Shown piece after piece: positions 49,701-63,242 of a stretch of DNA of 64,000 bases. How positions within the stretch are numbered: position 1 is the stretch's first letter; each line of letters opens with the position of its first letter. Below the pieces are notes generated by a model. It did no database searches. It was not told the origin of the DNA and saw only the letters and a list, made by a program, of their open reading frames with translations. Source of the stretch: Phoronis australis (Eukaryota > Animalia > Phoronida); NCBI GenBank assembly GCA_002633005.1, contig NMRA01000608.1, positions 167,850 through 231,849 on the forward strand, written 5' to 3'. Made by a program: the position numbers and the translations under genes.

Positions 49701-52700
49701 TCATATAATTTTCAAAATCTTACTCCTTTATTTTTAAAGATATTCTTTTGAAATTTGGAGCACAGATATAAGTGAACAAGACATTTTAAAAATTACTTTT
49801 ATAAGCAATTGGGTCATCCAATCAGGTTAAACAGGTCAAAGGTTATCAGGTGCAAACGAAGATTTTGAGCTAGACATTTCAAATTCACAGGTCTGATTGG
49901 AACAGGTAATTCAATTCGAAATCCAATGTTTCAGGTCATTTAGTGCAAACATGAGGTCATTAGGTGCATTTTTCTTCTGAAAATTTGACTTTTTCGTTCG
50001 CCAAGTATTCTGATGAGTCAACAGTTTGACAACTGTGATTCTCAGCATTTAACACTCAAAAGACGAGCTTTTAAAAAATTCTTCCAAACAGGCTTATAAT
50101 GCACCGGAAAAGGTAACTTAGTGCAAAGGTCATATCAATTTCAAAATGCTACTTTTTCATTTTAAAGCTATTCTTTTCAATTTCGGTGCATAGGTATAAG
50201 TCAATAAGGCAATTTAAAAAATTACTTTTCTAAGTAATCGAGTCATCCAATCCGGTTAAACAGGCCAAAGGTCATTAGGTGCAAACTAAAATTTTGAGCT
50301 AGACACTTCAAATTCACAAGTCTGATTGGTACGTCTAATTCAATTCAAAATACAAAGTTTTAGGTCATTTAGTGCAACCTTGGAGTCACTAGGTGCATTT
50401 TTCTACTGAAAATTTGTCTTTTTCATTTGCCAAATACTCTGATGTGTCAAACGATATACAACTGTGATTCTCAGCATTAAACACACTTTTCACGGGCTTT
50501 GCAATAACTCTCCTAAAGACGTTTATAATGCACCGGATAGGGTCAATTAGTGCAAAGATCATCTAATGTTCAAAATGTTACATTTCCTACATTTTTCAAG
50601 GAATTGTTTTCAATTTCAGCACACTGGTGTAAGTCAACATGCCAATCAAACACCCTACTTTACTACGCAAAATACCCAACCAATCAGAAAAAAATAGATC
50701 GAAGGTCATTGAGTGCAAACTAAAATTTTGAGCTAAACATGTCTGTTTAGTAAATGCGATTGAGTTTGAATTATAAATTTTCAGGTCATTTGGTGCACCC
50801 ATGGGGTCATTAGGTGCATTTTTCTTCTGAAATTTTGACCACTTCATTCATCTTGTATTCTGAAGTGCTTAAAGTAAAATATTTGCGATTCCTAGCATTA
50901 ACCACACTTTTAATCGAGTTCACAATTATTCCCTCGTCGGGGCTCATAATGCACCGGAAGAGGTCATTTAGTGAGAGGTCAGATAATCCCTTTCCATATT
51001 GGTGAAACAGGTTGCTGTCAGTAACTTCCCATAACAATTCTAGTAATACGCTCGCGCAGAGTCCATTATTGTCACGCCGTGAAAATAGTCTTTCTAGTTA
51101 TTACTCTGCGCGTGCAAGCACAGAGTTTTGCTGTTCTACGTATTTTATCTTATTCTTATTCTTCTTATTCTTCCCTTTCAGATTGTCATTTCTTTTACAT
51201 CCATTAGTTAACAACAATCATATTCAGAATCCTTGATACGATTATTAAGAGGTTTTCATTAATCATAATTTTTGACACAAAATGCACCGGAATGACCCTA
51301 AACGGGTCAAGGAGTGCATTTCATTGAAATGCTTCTTCTTCTACACGTTTTTAGATAGACTCTTTGAATTTTGTTAACAAGTAGGAACTCCAGAATTACA
51401 TTGGAAGTTTACTTAGATTTTCCATTGGATCAAGGGAACCGAATTTCCGGGTCAAAGGTCATTAAGTGCAAAAGCGATTTTTGAGCTAGACGTTTTATAA
51501 TCATGCATTTTTTTAAATTTAAGACTTTCAATGAGCTTGTATTTAAATGATGCATTAGGAAGAGCGTTGAATATCATGGTGGTTCAACCAATTGCCAATC
51601 TAATTCTACTGATCACTTGGATTTGACTCAAAATGCACCGGAATGACCCGAATCGGGTCAAGGAGTATATTTCGTCAATTTGCTATTTCTTCTACAGGTT
51701 TTTAAATAGACTCTCGGAATTTTAATCACGAGCAGATACTAGAGAAGTGCACCCGAAATTTACTTAGAATTTAAATGGAATAAAGGGAACCGAGTTTCTG
51801 GGTCAAAGGTCATTATGTGCAAAAGTCATTTTTGAGCGAGGCCTTACATAATCACGTATAAAGTTTTCATTTGTAAATGAAATTCAGTCTCAAACTTTGG
51901 GGTCATTAGGTGCAAGTGTGGGGTCATTAGGTGCAGTTTTCCGTTGATATACTTACTTTTCACTCTTGCTCTTTAATAGTTACCAGGGACATCACTCTCT
52001 TCCACACAAAGGATGCAACTTATATGCAACGTAATGCACCTATACTTCACTATGCATGTGCATACACCACGCGCAGAGTTGTAAGTGCACATACGCAATT
52101 TCATTCTAGTTCTTCTTATTATTATTCTTCCTTCTTTTTCAGATTGTTATTACTCTTACATCTATTAGTTAACAACAAACATATTCAGAATCCTTGATAC
52201 GATGATCAAGAGGTTTTTATTAATCATAATTTCTTGACCCAAAATCCACCGCAATGACCGAAAACGGGTCAAGAAGTGCATTTCAATAAAATGTTTCTTC
52301 TTCTACATGTTTTTTGATAGGCTGTTCGAATTTTGTTAACAAGTAGGCACTAGAGAATTTCATCCAAAATTTACTTGGATTTCCAATCGGATCAAGGGAA
52401 CCGAGTTTCCGGGTCAAAGGTCTTTAAGTGCAAAAGTAATTTTTGAGCTAGACTTTTCATTATCATGCATGTGAGAACCATTCATAAAGGAAGTTCAATC
52501 ACAAACTTTGGGGTCACTAGGTGCAACTTTTGGTCATTGAGTGCATTTTTCTGTTAAATTTTAGACTTTTTCAATCAGCTTGTATTTAAATGATGCATTA
52601 GGAAGAGCGTTCTCATTCATGGTGGTTCAACCAATAGCCGATCAAATTTTATTGATCACATGATTTTGACTGAAAATGCACCGGATTGACCCGAAATGGG

Positions 52701-55700
52701 TCAAGGGATGCATTCCATCAAATTGCTTCTTCTCTTACAGTTTTTTTAGATAGACTCTCCGAACTTTGATAACAAGCAGGCACTACAGATCTGCTTCCGA
52801 AATTTACGTGGACTTTAAATCGGATCAAGGGTACCGAGTTTCTGGGTCAAAGGTCATTAAGTGCAAAATTTTGAGCTAGACTTTACATAATCATGTATAT
52901 AGTTTTCATTCGTAAAAAAAATTCAATCACAAACTTTGGGGTCATTAGGTGCAGCTTTCCGTTGATATTCTTACTCTTCACTCTTGCTTTGTCATAGTTA
53001 CCATGGACATTTCTCTTTTTCACACAAAGGATGCAACTTCCATGCAATGTAATGCCTCTATACTTCGCTATGCATATGCATATGCATACACCACGCGCAG
53101 AGTTTTAAGTGCGCATACGCATTTGCGTTCTAGTTCATATTCTTCATATTCTTAATCTTCTTCAGACCAACTTTGACACTTAATAACTTTAAAATGACTT
53201 CAGCTAACTTCTTCAAGTTTGAGATATGCCATTAGGCAGGATATAAATTTTGTTTCATTAGATCATCATTTTCCATAATGCACCGGAATAGGTCGTTTTG
53301 TGCAAAGGTCATCTAATTTTCAAAATGCTGCTCCTTCTTTATTTTAAAAGCTATTCTTTTCAAATTTGGTACACAGGTATAAGTCATTAGGGCATTTAAA
53401 AATTACTTTTCTAAGTAATCGGGTCATGCAATCAGGTTAAACAGGTCAAAGGTCATTAGGTGCAAACTAAGATTTTGAGCTAGACACTTCAAATTCACAG
53501 GTCTGATTGGCACAGGTAAATCAATTCGGAATCCAAAGTTTCAGGTCATTTAATGCAAACATGGGGTCATTAGGTGAATTTTTTTCCTTCTCAAAATTTG
53601 ACCTTTTCATTCACCAAGTATTCTGATGTGTCAACCTTTAGACAATTGTGATTCTGAGCATTAAACACATTTTTCATGGGCTTTGCAATAATTCTCCTAA
53701 AGACGCTTATAATGCACCGGATAGGGTCAATTAGTACAAAGGTCATCTAACGTTCAAAATGTTATATCTTACGCTTTTCAAAAAATTCATTTCAGTTTCA
53801 GCACAATGGTGTAAGTCAACATGCCAATTGAACACCCTACTTTACTACGCAATAGGCGTAACCAATCAGAAAAAAATGGGTTAAAGGTCATTGGGTGCAA
53901 GCTAAAATTTTGAGCTAGAAACTTCAATATTACATATCTGTTTACTAAATGCGATTGAGTTTGAATTCTAAATTTTCAAGTCATTTCGTGCACCCATGGG
54001 GTCATTATGTGCATTTTTCTTCTGAAAGTTTGACCAATTCCTTCATCTTGTATTCTGAAGTGCTTAAGGTAAAACATCTTTGATTCTCAGCATCAACCAC
54101 ACTTTAAATCGAGTTTACAATTGTTCCCCGATCAGGGTTCATAATGCACCGGAAATGGTCAATTAGTGGAAAGGTCATCAAAATATTAACATGTAATTTC
54201 TCCTACAATTTTAAAGAACTCCTTTTCATATTGGTAAATGGGTTGCTGTCAGTAACTTTCCAAAACAATTTCAGTAATGCGCACGCGCAGAGTCCATTGA
54301 TGTCACGCCGTGACAATAATCTTTCTAGTTATTATTACTCTGCGCGTTCAAGCGTAGAGTTGCACTGTTCTACGTATTCTATCTTGTTATTCTTATTCTT
54401 ATTATTAATATTGTTATTATAATTATTCCTTCCTTTTCAGATTGTTAGCACTTTTACTTCTATTGGCTAACAACATTCATATTCACTGTGTTTCATAGGT
54501 TCTTTGGGCTTTTTCTGATTATAATGTTTTGACCCAAAATGCATCAGATTGACCCGAAACGGGTCAAGGAGTGCATTTTTACAAAATGCTACTTCTTCTA
54601 CAGGTTTTTAGATAGACTGTTCGAATTTTGATGACAAGAAGACACTAGACATCTGCATCCAAAATTTACTTGGATTTTCAATTGGATGAAGGGAACTGAG
54701 TTTCCAGGTACAAGGTCATTAAGGGCAAAAGTGATTTTTGATCTAAACCTTTCCTAATCATGCATATGATTACCCTTCATAAAGAACGTTCAGCCACAAA
54801 CTTTGGGGTCATTAGGTGCAACTTTGGGGTCATTAAGTGCAGTTTTCTGTTAAATTTTTGACTTTTCAATCAGCTCTTTTTTACATTATTCTTTATGGAG
54901 AGGGTTCATATTCATTGTGATTCAAGCAATTGCCAATCTCATTCTATTGATCACTTGGATTTGACTCAAAGTGCACCGGAATGACCCAAAACGGGTCAAT
55001 TAGTGCATTCCGTCAAACTGCTTCTTCCACAAGTTCTTAGGCTTTCCGAATTTTGATAACAAGCCTATACTAGAGAAGAATTTATTTTGGATAAAGGGAA
55101 CCGAGTTTCCGGGTCAAAGGTCATTAAGTGCAAAAGTGATTTTTCTGCTAGACCTTACATAATCACGTATGTAGTTTTTGTTCGCAAAGAAAATGCATTC
55201 ACAAACTTTGGGGTCATTAGGTGCAACTGTGTTGTCATCAGGTGCAGTTTTCCGTTGATATTCTTACTTTTTATTCTTGCTCTTTCATATTTACCAGGGA
55301 CATTTAGAGTCAGAAATTTAACAGAAAACTGCACTTAATGACCCCAAAGTTGCACCTAGTGACCTCAAAGTTTGTGGCTGAACTTTCTTTATGAATGGTA
55401 ATCATATGCATGAATAAGAAAGTGCTCATAAGCAATTGCGTTCTAGTTACTCTGCGCGAGCAAGGGCAGAGTTTTACTATTCTACGAATTTTATCTTCTT
55501 ATTCTTCTTATTCTTCTTATTCTTCTTATTCTTCCTTCCTTTTTGGATTGATATTACTCTTACATCGATTCGTTGACAACGATCATATTCATTGTTGTTG
55601 ATACGATGATGAAGGGATTTTTATTAATTATGATGTTTTGACCCAAAATGCACCCGAATGACCCCAAATGGGTCAAGAAGTGCATTTCGTAAAAATGCTT

Positions 55701-58700
55701 TTTCTTCTACGGGTATTTAGATAGACTCTTCAAATTTTGTCAACAACTATGGCCTAGGAAACTGCTTCAGAAATGTACATGGAATGCCATTCGGACAAAG
55801 GGAAACCGAGATTCCGGGTCATATGTTCTTAAATGCCAAAGTGATTTTTGAGCTATACCTTTCATAATAACGCATATGTTTTTCAGTGTTGAATGAAGTT
55901 AAACCACAAACTTCTGTGTCATTAGGTGCAACTTTGGGGTCATTAGGTGCAATTTTGAGACAAATTTTAGACTCTTTTATTTACCTAGTACTTACATGTT
56001 GTATTAGAGAGAACGTTCATATTCATGTTAGTCCAACCATTTGCCAGTCAAATTCTACTGGTCAAATGGGTGTGACCTAAATTGCACTGAAATGACCCAA
56101 AATGGGTCAAGGAGTGCATTCCTTTAAAATGCTTCTTCTTGTAGAGGTTTTTAGATAGACTCTTTGAATTTTGTAAGTAAGTAGGGGCTAACGAAGTGCA
56201 TCCGAATTTTACTTGGATTTCCAATCAGAGGGAACTGAGTTTCCGGGTCAAAGGTCATGGAGTGCGAAAGTGATTTTTGAGCTAGATCTTTCATAATCAT
56301 GCATATGATTACCATTCATTAAGGAAGTTCAATCACAAACTTTGGGGTCACTAGGTGCAAATTTGGGGTCGTTAAGTGCACTTTTCTCTTAAATGTCAGG
56401 CTTTTTCAATCTGCTCGTTCTTACATTATTCATTATCGGGAGGGTTCATATTCATGGTGGTTCAACCACTTGGCAATCAAATTCTACTTGGATTTGACTC
56501 AAATTGCACCGGAATGACCCGAATTGGTGTGTATTCCGTCAAATTGCTTTTTCTACATGTTTTGAGATGGATTCTCCGAATTTTGAAACAAAGCAGATAC
56601 TAGAGAAGTGCACCAGAAATTTACGCGGAATTTAAATCGGATAAAGGGAACCGGGTTTCCGGGTCAAAGGCCATTAAGTGCAAAAGTAATTTTTGAGCTA
56701 GAGCTTACATAATCACGTGTATACTTTTCGTTCGCAAAGGAAATTCAGTCACAAACTTTGGGGTCATTAGGTGCAACTGTTCGGTCATTTGGTGCAGTTT
56801 TCACACTTGCGCTTTCATAGTTACCATGGACATCGCTCTCTTTCACAAAAAGATGCAACTTTTATGCAATGTAATGCGCCTATACTTCACTATGGATGTG
56901 CAGAGTTGCAAGTGCGCACACGCAATTGCGTTCTAGTTATTCTTATTCTTCTTATTCTTCCTTCCTTTTCAGATTGTTATTACTCTTACATCTATTCAGT
57001 TACATCAATCATATTCACTGTAATTGATACGATAGTTAAAGGATTTTTATTGATTATATTTTTTGACCCAAAACGCACTGGAATGACCTGAAACAGGTCA
57101 AGGAGTGCATTCCGTCAAAATGCTTCTTCTACAGATTTTTATGTAGAATCTTTGAAGTTTGTTAACAAATAGGGACTGAAGAAGTGCATCAGAAGTTTAC
57201 ACGGATTTCCAATCGAATCAAGGGAACTGAGTTTCCGGGTAAAAGGTCATTAAGTGCAAAAGTTATTTTTGAGCTAGATTTTTCATATTCATGCATGTGG
57301 CTTCCAGTCGCAAGGGAAATTCAATCACAAACTTTTGGGTCATTAGATGCAACTTTGGGGTCATTTAGTGCACTTTTCACTTAAATGTCAGACTTTTTCA
57401 ATCTGCTCGTTCTTACATTATTCATTATCGAGAAGGTTCATATTCATGGTGGTTCAAGCAATGGCCAATCTAATTCTATTGATCACTTAGATTTGACTCA
57501 AAATGCACCGAAATGACCCGAAACCGGTCAAAGAGTGCATTCCGTCAAATTGCTTCTTCTTGTACATTTTAGATAGACTCCGAGCTTTGATAACAAGCAG
57601 ACACTAAATAAGTGCAACCGAAATTTAATTGGAAATTAAATCGGATAAAGGGAAACGAGTTTCCGGGTCAAAGGTCATTAATTGCAAAAGTAATTTTTGA
57701 GCTAGACCTTACATAATCACGTATATAGTTTTCATTCTTAAAAAAAATTCAGTCACAAACTTTGGGGGCATTAGGTGCAATTGAGTGGTCATTAGGTGCA
57801 GTTGATATTCTTAATATTTAGTCTTGCTCTTTCATAGTTGCCAGGGACATCTCTCTCTTTCACACAAAGAATGCAACTTCTATGCAATGTAATGTCCCTA
57901 TACTTCACTATGCATATGCATACACCTTGCGCAGAGTTGTAAGTGCGCATACGCAATTGCGTTCTAGTTATTATTAATATTATTCTTCCTTAATTTTTCA
58001 GATAGTTAGTACTTTTACATCGATTCGCTAACAACATTGATATTCACTGTCGTTCATACGCATTTTTACGAAATGCTTCTTCTACAGGTTTTTAGGTAGA
58101 CTCTTCAAATTTTGGTAACAAGTAGACACTAGAGATCTGCATCCGAAAAAAATACTTAGAATTCGAATAGGATCAAAAGAACCGAGTTTCCGGGTCAAAG
58201 GTCATTAAGTGCCAAAGTGACTTTTGAGCTAGACCTTTCATAATCAGGCATATGATTACCATTCAGAAAGGAAGTTCAGTAACAAACTTTGGTGTCCGTC
58301 ACTAAGTGCAACTTTGGGGTCATTATGTGCAGTTTCTTTTAAATTTAAGTTATTTTAATCAGCTTGTAGCTGAATGATGCAATAGGGAGAGCGTTGAAAT
58401 TCATATTGGTTCAACCAATGGTCGATCAAATTCTGTTGATCACATGGATTTGACTCAAAATGCACCGGATTGCACCGAAATGGGTCAAGAGGTGCATTCC
58501 ATCAAATTGCTTCTTCTCCTACAGGTTTTTAGATAGACCCGAAATTTGATAACAAGCAGGCACTACAGATCTTCATCCGAAATTTACGAGGAATTTAAAT
58601 CGGATCAAGGGTACCGAGTTTCTGGGTCAAAGGTCGTTAAGTGCAAAAGTGATTTTTGACCTAGACCTTACATAACCAGGTGTATAGTTTTCATTCGTAA

Positions 58701-61171
58701 ATAAAATTCAGTCACAAAACTTGGAGTCATTAGGTGCAACTGTGTGGTCTTTAGGTGCAGTTTTCCGTTGATATTCTTACTCTTCTCTCTTGCTCTTTCA
58801 TAGTTACCATGGACATCTCTCTCTTTCACACAAAGGATGCAACTTCTATGTAATTTAATCCCCCTATACTTCACTATGCACCTGCATACACTAAGCGAAG
58901 TGTTGTAAGTGCGCATACGCAATTTAGCTATTTTTATTATTATTATTATTATTATTATTCCTTCCTGTTCAGATTGTTAGTACTTTTACTTCGATTCACT
59001 AACAACATTCATATGCACTGTCGTTCATAGGTACATCTTTGGTTTTTTTCTGATAATAATGTTTTCACCCACAATGTACCGGATTGACCAGAAACGGGTC
59101 ATGGAGTGCATTTTTACAAAATACTTCTTCTACAGGTTTTTTTATAGACTCTTCGAATTTTGGTAACAAGTAGGTACTAAAGATCTGCATCCGAAATTTA
59201 CTTGGAATTCCAATCGGGTGAAAGGAACTGAGCTTCCGGGTCAAAGGTAATTAGGTTCAAAATAGATTTTTGAGCTAGACCTTTCATAATCATTCGTATG
59301 ATTACCATTTATAAAGGAAGTTCAGTCACAAACAATGGCGTCACTAAGTGCAACTTTGGGGTCATTAAGTGCCGTTTTCTGTTGAATTTAAGACTTTTTC
59401 AAGCAGCTTGTACCTGAATGATGCATTAGGGAAAGCGTTGAAATTCATGGTGGTTCAACCAATTGCCGATCAAATTCTATTGATCACATGGATTTGACTC
59501 AAAATGCACTGTTTGACCGCAAGAGGGGTCAACCAGTATAATTTTTGAAGTGCTTGTTCTTGTGTGATTTTTGAGATTGCCTTTTTAAATTACGAGAACA
59601 GCCTGGTGGCATATTAGAGCAACCACAACTTACATGGAGTTTCGATCTGATCATCTGAACCGAACTTATGGATGAAAGGTAAGTAAGTGCAAAATAGATT
59701 TTTGCGTTAGACCTATTATAATTATGTATATCATGTTCAATAGAAAAGGAAATCCATTAACAAATTTCAGGGTCATTAGGTGCAACTGTGGAGTCATTAA
59801 TTGCAGCTTCCTCTTGATATTCTAACTTTTCACTCTTGCTCTTTCATAGTTACCATCGACATCTCTCTCTTTCACACAACATATGCAACTTTTATGCAAT
59901 GTAATGCGCCTGTACTCCATTCTGCATGTGCGTACACCACGCGCAGAGTAGTAAGTGCGCATACGCAATTGTGTTCTAGTTCTTCTTATTCTTCTTATTC
60001 TAATTCTTCTGCCGACCAACTTTGACACTGAATAACTCCAAATTGGGTGCAGGTACGTCCTTTAAATCCATCATATAATTTTTGACGGTACATAAATTTT
60101 GATTTTTATATAATCATATTCCATATTGCACCGGAAGTGGTCGTTTGTGCAAATGTCATATAATTTTCGAAATGCTACTCCTTCTTCAGTTTAAAAACAT
60201 TTTTTTCAATTTCGATGCAGAGGTAGAAGTCCACAAGACAATTGAAAAAATACATTTCTACGTAATCGAACCATCCAATCAAACAAAACAGGTCAGAGGT
60301 CATTAGGTGCAAACTAAAATTTTGAGCTGGACCCTTCAAATGCACAAGTCTGACTGGAAGTCAAATTCAATTCGAAATCCAAAGTTTCAGGTCATTAAGT
60401 GCAACCATGGGTCATTAGGTGCATTTTTTCTTCCGAAAATTTGTCCTTTTCATTTACCAAGTATTCTGATGTGTCAGCTGTTAGACATCTATTATTCTCA
60501 GCATTAAACACACTTTTTGCGGGGTTTGTAATAATCCTCCTCACGACGCTTATGATGCACCGGATAGGGTCAATTAGTACAAAGGTCATCTATGATTCAA
60601 AATGTTATATTCCCTAGACTTTTCAAGGAGTTCTTTTCAAGTTCAGCACACAGGTGTCAGCCACCTTGCCAATCGAACGCCCTATTCTACTACACAATAT
60701 ACCTAACCAATCAGGAAATAGGTCGAAGTTCATTGAGTGCAAACTAAATTTTTGAGCTAGAGACATCAAAAATACATACCTGTTTAGTAATTGTGATTGA
60801 GTTTGAATTTTAAATTATCAGGTCATTTTGTGCACCCATGGTGTCATTGGGTGCATTTTTCTTCTGAAACTTTGACCAATTCATTCATTTTGTATTCTGA
60901 AGTGCTTAAAGTAAAACATTTTGTGATTCTTAGCATTAACCACACTTTTAATGGAGTTTACAATTACCTAATCATCCGGCTCATAATGCGCCGAAAGAGG
61001 TCATTTAGAGGAAAGTTCATTAAAATATTAACATTAAATTTTTCCTACAATTTTAAAGAATTCCTTTTCAAATTGTTAAACGGGTTGCTGTCAGTAACTT
61101 CCCATAACAAATCATTTAATACGCACGCGCAGAGTCCAATATTTTCATGCTGTCACAATAATCTTTCTAGT
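46735..61171 (+). mobile_element. Array 2 of non-autonomous Helentron-type (HINE-like) elements, ~14.4 kb
   Basis: 5' hairpins at ~46963, ~51101, ~54335 and ~55447. Type-A 3' ends (ACGCGCAGAGT + ATTATTGTCACG-C-CGTGACAATAAT-like stem-loop + CTAG) at ~46960, ~51098, ~54328 and ~61170. Type-B 3' ends (GTAAGTGCGCATACGCAATTGCGTTCTAGTT-like) at ~48486, ~49540, ~52110, ~53133, ~55446, ~56936, ~57967 and ~59979. Most 3' ends are followed by (TTCTTA)n or (TTA)n. Confidence 0.82.
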
Positions 61172-61800
61172 TTTCTACTGCACTTCAAGTTAAGATGCCT
61201 CGATTTTAAATATACCAAAAAGTCAGGCGTTGACAGCTGATTTTCAATTATATAAATCACAACATCCACATATAGTCGATAGAAATGGACATAAGGACCA
61301 GCGTACGCCTCAAACCATGTTTTCTCATGGTGACGTAACAACATGCCGGCTAATACAGGAGCCAACCGTAAACCCATTGCTATATCATCAATTTGGTTAG
61401 AAACCTCCCCAATATGAAATAAGTTTTGATGGTGGCAAATTTAAACAGGTCCATGAGTTCAGCTCGAGAAATCTTTACACTGGGATCGTTTTTCATGATA
61501 CAGTAAGTAGCCAAATGTATGCATTCGTCCACAGGTACACTAGGATAGTAAACAAACTCGCAACATCAAAAGAAGCCATAAACCGATTCGTGAGAACTTG
61601 ACCCCTACGCTCAAAAACAGAATAGAATGTATCACGTGCTGCACAATTCTTATTTATTTACGATTTGAGTAGCTTGCATAGGTACTTGGTAAGGTTATAG
61701 TTGAAGGTATTCAGAGATGAAAAAAGCAGTGTAGGTCTGAATGCAGGATGGTGTTCCTCTGTCGATTTTCGGTAGACCATATAGTCTATCTGGTATTAAC
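61172..61800 (-). pseudogene. Penelope-like element reverse transcriptase relic
   Basis: Frameshifted motifs LYGLPKI, AFRPT..NYNLTKYL, FMASFDVASLFT..VPVDECI, AMGLRLAPVLA, FYRLYVD, YLKSRHLNLK; truncated at the HINE array end. Confidence 0.82.
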
Positions 61801-61958
61801 AGTATATCGCTGAACTCAAACGTGTGATATTTCAGTCAATGAGAAGGATAATAAGACACAGCTTTTCAATCAATGTAAAAAAGACCACGATATTAAGATG
61901 CTGTAGCGAACACTATCAGTTGTCATCACGAGGTATTAGGCAATTTATGCTTACGGAC

Positions 61959-62099
61959 CTGTTTGACAGTACGGGAAAGTCATGTAACCTGGAGCACACG
62001 CATCTGGACAGTGGCCCGTATACGAACTACAGGTGACGCTGTTGTTACAATATCCACATTTCTGCTGACAGTCAGCACCGTAAGACCCACTGGAACATT
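61959..62099 (-). CDS. Single EGF-like (MEGF10/SCARF-type, 8-Cys) exon of a host gene
   Basis: ECSSGSYGADCQQKCGYCNNSVTCSSYTGHCPDACAPGYMTFPYCQT; TTTCAG acceptor, GT donor, 141 nt, phase 1-1 symmetric. Confidence 0.88.
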
Positions 62100-62773
62100 C
62101 TGAAATAGTCCATGTTGAAGACGATGACAATAACACGCAATGAGGACAACTTAAGTCACATGCCATATTAAATCATTGCAGGATACATCATTGAGTCTTC
62201 CCAATATTTGAAAATTCGAACTTCTAGAATATACATATAACTTAAACACTTGAACATCAAAACACTGCTCAGGTACACCGCTTAACGCTAAAATTGGTAG
62301 GAAATTTAAAATGGCATTTAAAAGCCTTCACAACCAGCAGTCGTGACGTTTTAATAGCGGTGTAAAGGACGCAGATCGTTTTTTCACATCCCTTTTTAAG
62401 GCGTGTTAATTTGTAGCCCAAAACGTGAGAAATGGAACATAACCTCCTTTTGGAATCATTCTGCGATAAATATGTCAATTTTATTTTCCAAAAACTCTGT
62501 GTTTAATCCTTTGTGTAAAAAATGTTGTCACTGTCTTCAAAAACTTTTAGCACAGCTAGTATAGGTCACTGCTTTGTACATTGTTCTTGCGATTGGGTGA
62601 ATAAACAATATACCGACATAATTTCACTGTCACATCAGAAGTGAAATTAAAAGTTAAATAAAACCCTTCTATTGGATTTGAATTTTTTGGACTTGATCTG
62701 AAATTGTATGCCTTGTATTAGGGCTAAAGAATATATTCAAACTTACTGCCGCCACCGTTCAATTATGAATTGA

Positions 62774-63076
62774 TGTAACAGAGCAAGTCTCCACTGAACC
62801 TCAAAATATGTTGTTTCTCTCATCAGGCATTCGTTTCAGTTCAATTTGCACATGGTAACGATCAACTTTCCATGAAATCAAAAGAAAGAAACACCCTTCT
62901 CCTAAGCCTGTCGCTGGCGAAGTGCCCGACACATACAGTCGCGCCCACATGCCCACGTAACGAAGGCGCACTGAGACGCAACAAAGACATTAGCATAAGA
63001 ATAACTGAACATTTGCAACTAAGTAAGAATAACAATAAGCGTAAAGTTACGAACGTCCCGTCACATTCTCCCCCCT
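62774..63076 (-). mobile_element. Polypurine tract (63066-63076) and 3' LTR (63065 down to ~62774) of a Gypsy-like retrotransposon
   Basis: On the minus strand AGGGGGGAGAA is immediately followed by TGTGAC. The candidate LTR end GTTACA at 62774 is tentative. Confidence 0.65.
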
Positions 63077-63242
63077 AACAAAAAATGTCGTTCGGACATC
63101 ATTAACATACAATATGAAAACAAAGCGCAGTGAAATGGAAATCATTCAGTCTCCTCGTACTGGCTACAGACATCACAACGCACATTCCACTTTCAGCACG
63201 ACAACGCCTGGCGCGCTCGCAACAGCAGCAAAAGTCAAAATA

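Noticed and set aside
46781-61240. Numerous similar short ORFs (MHRK.., MQFS.., MVVQP..) as a gene family
   Set aside because: They are chance frames through non-coding HINE units; frames and stops are not conserved among copies. The same applies to 17143-21207.
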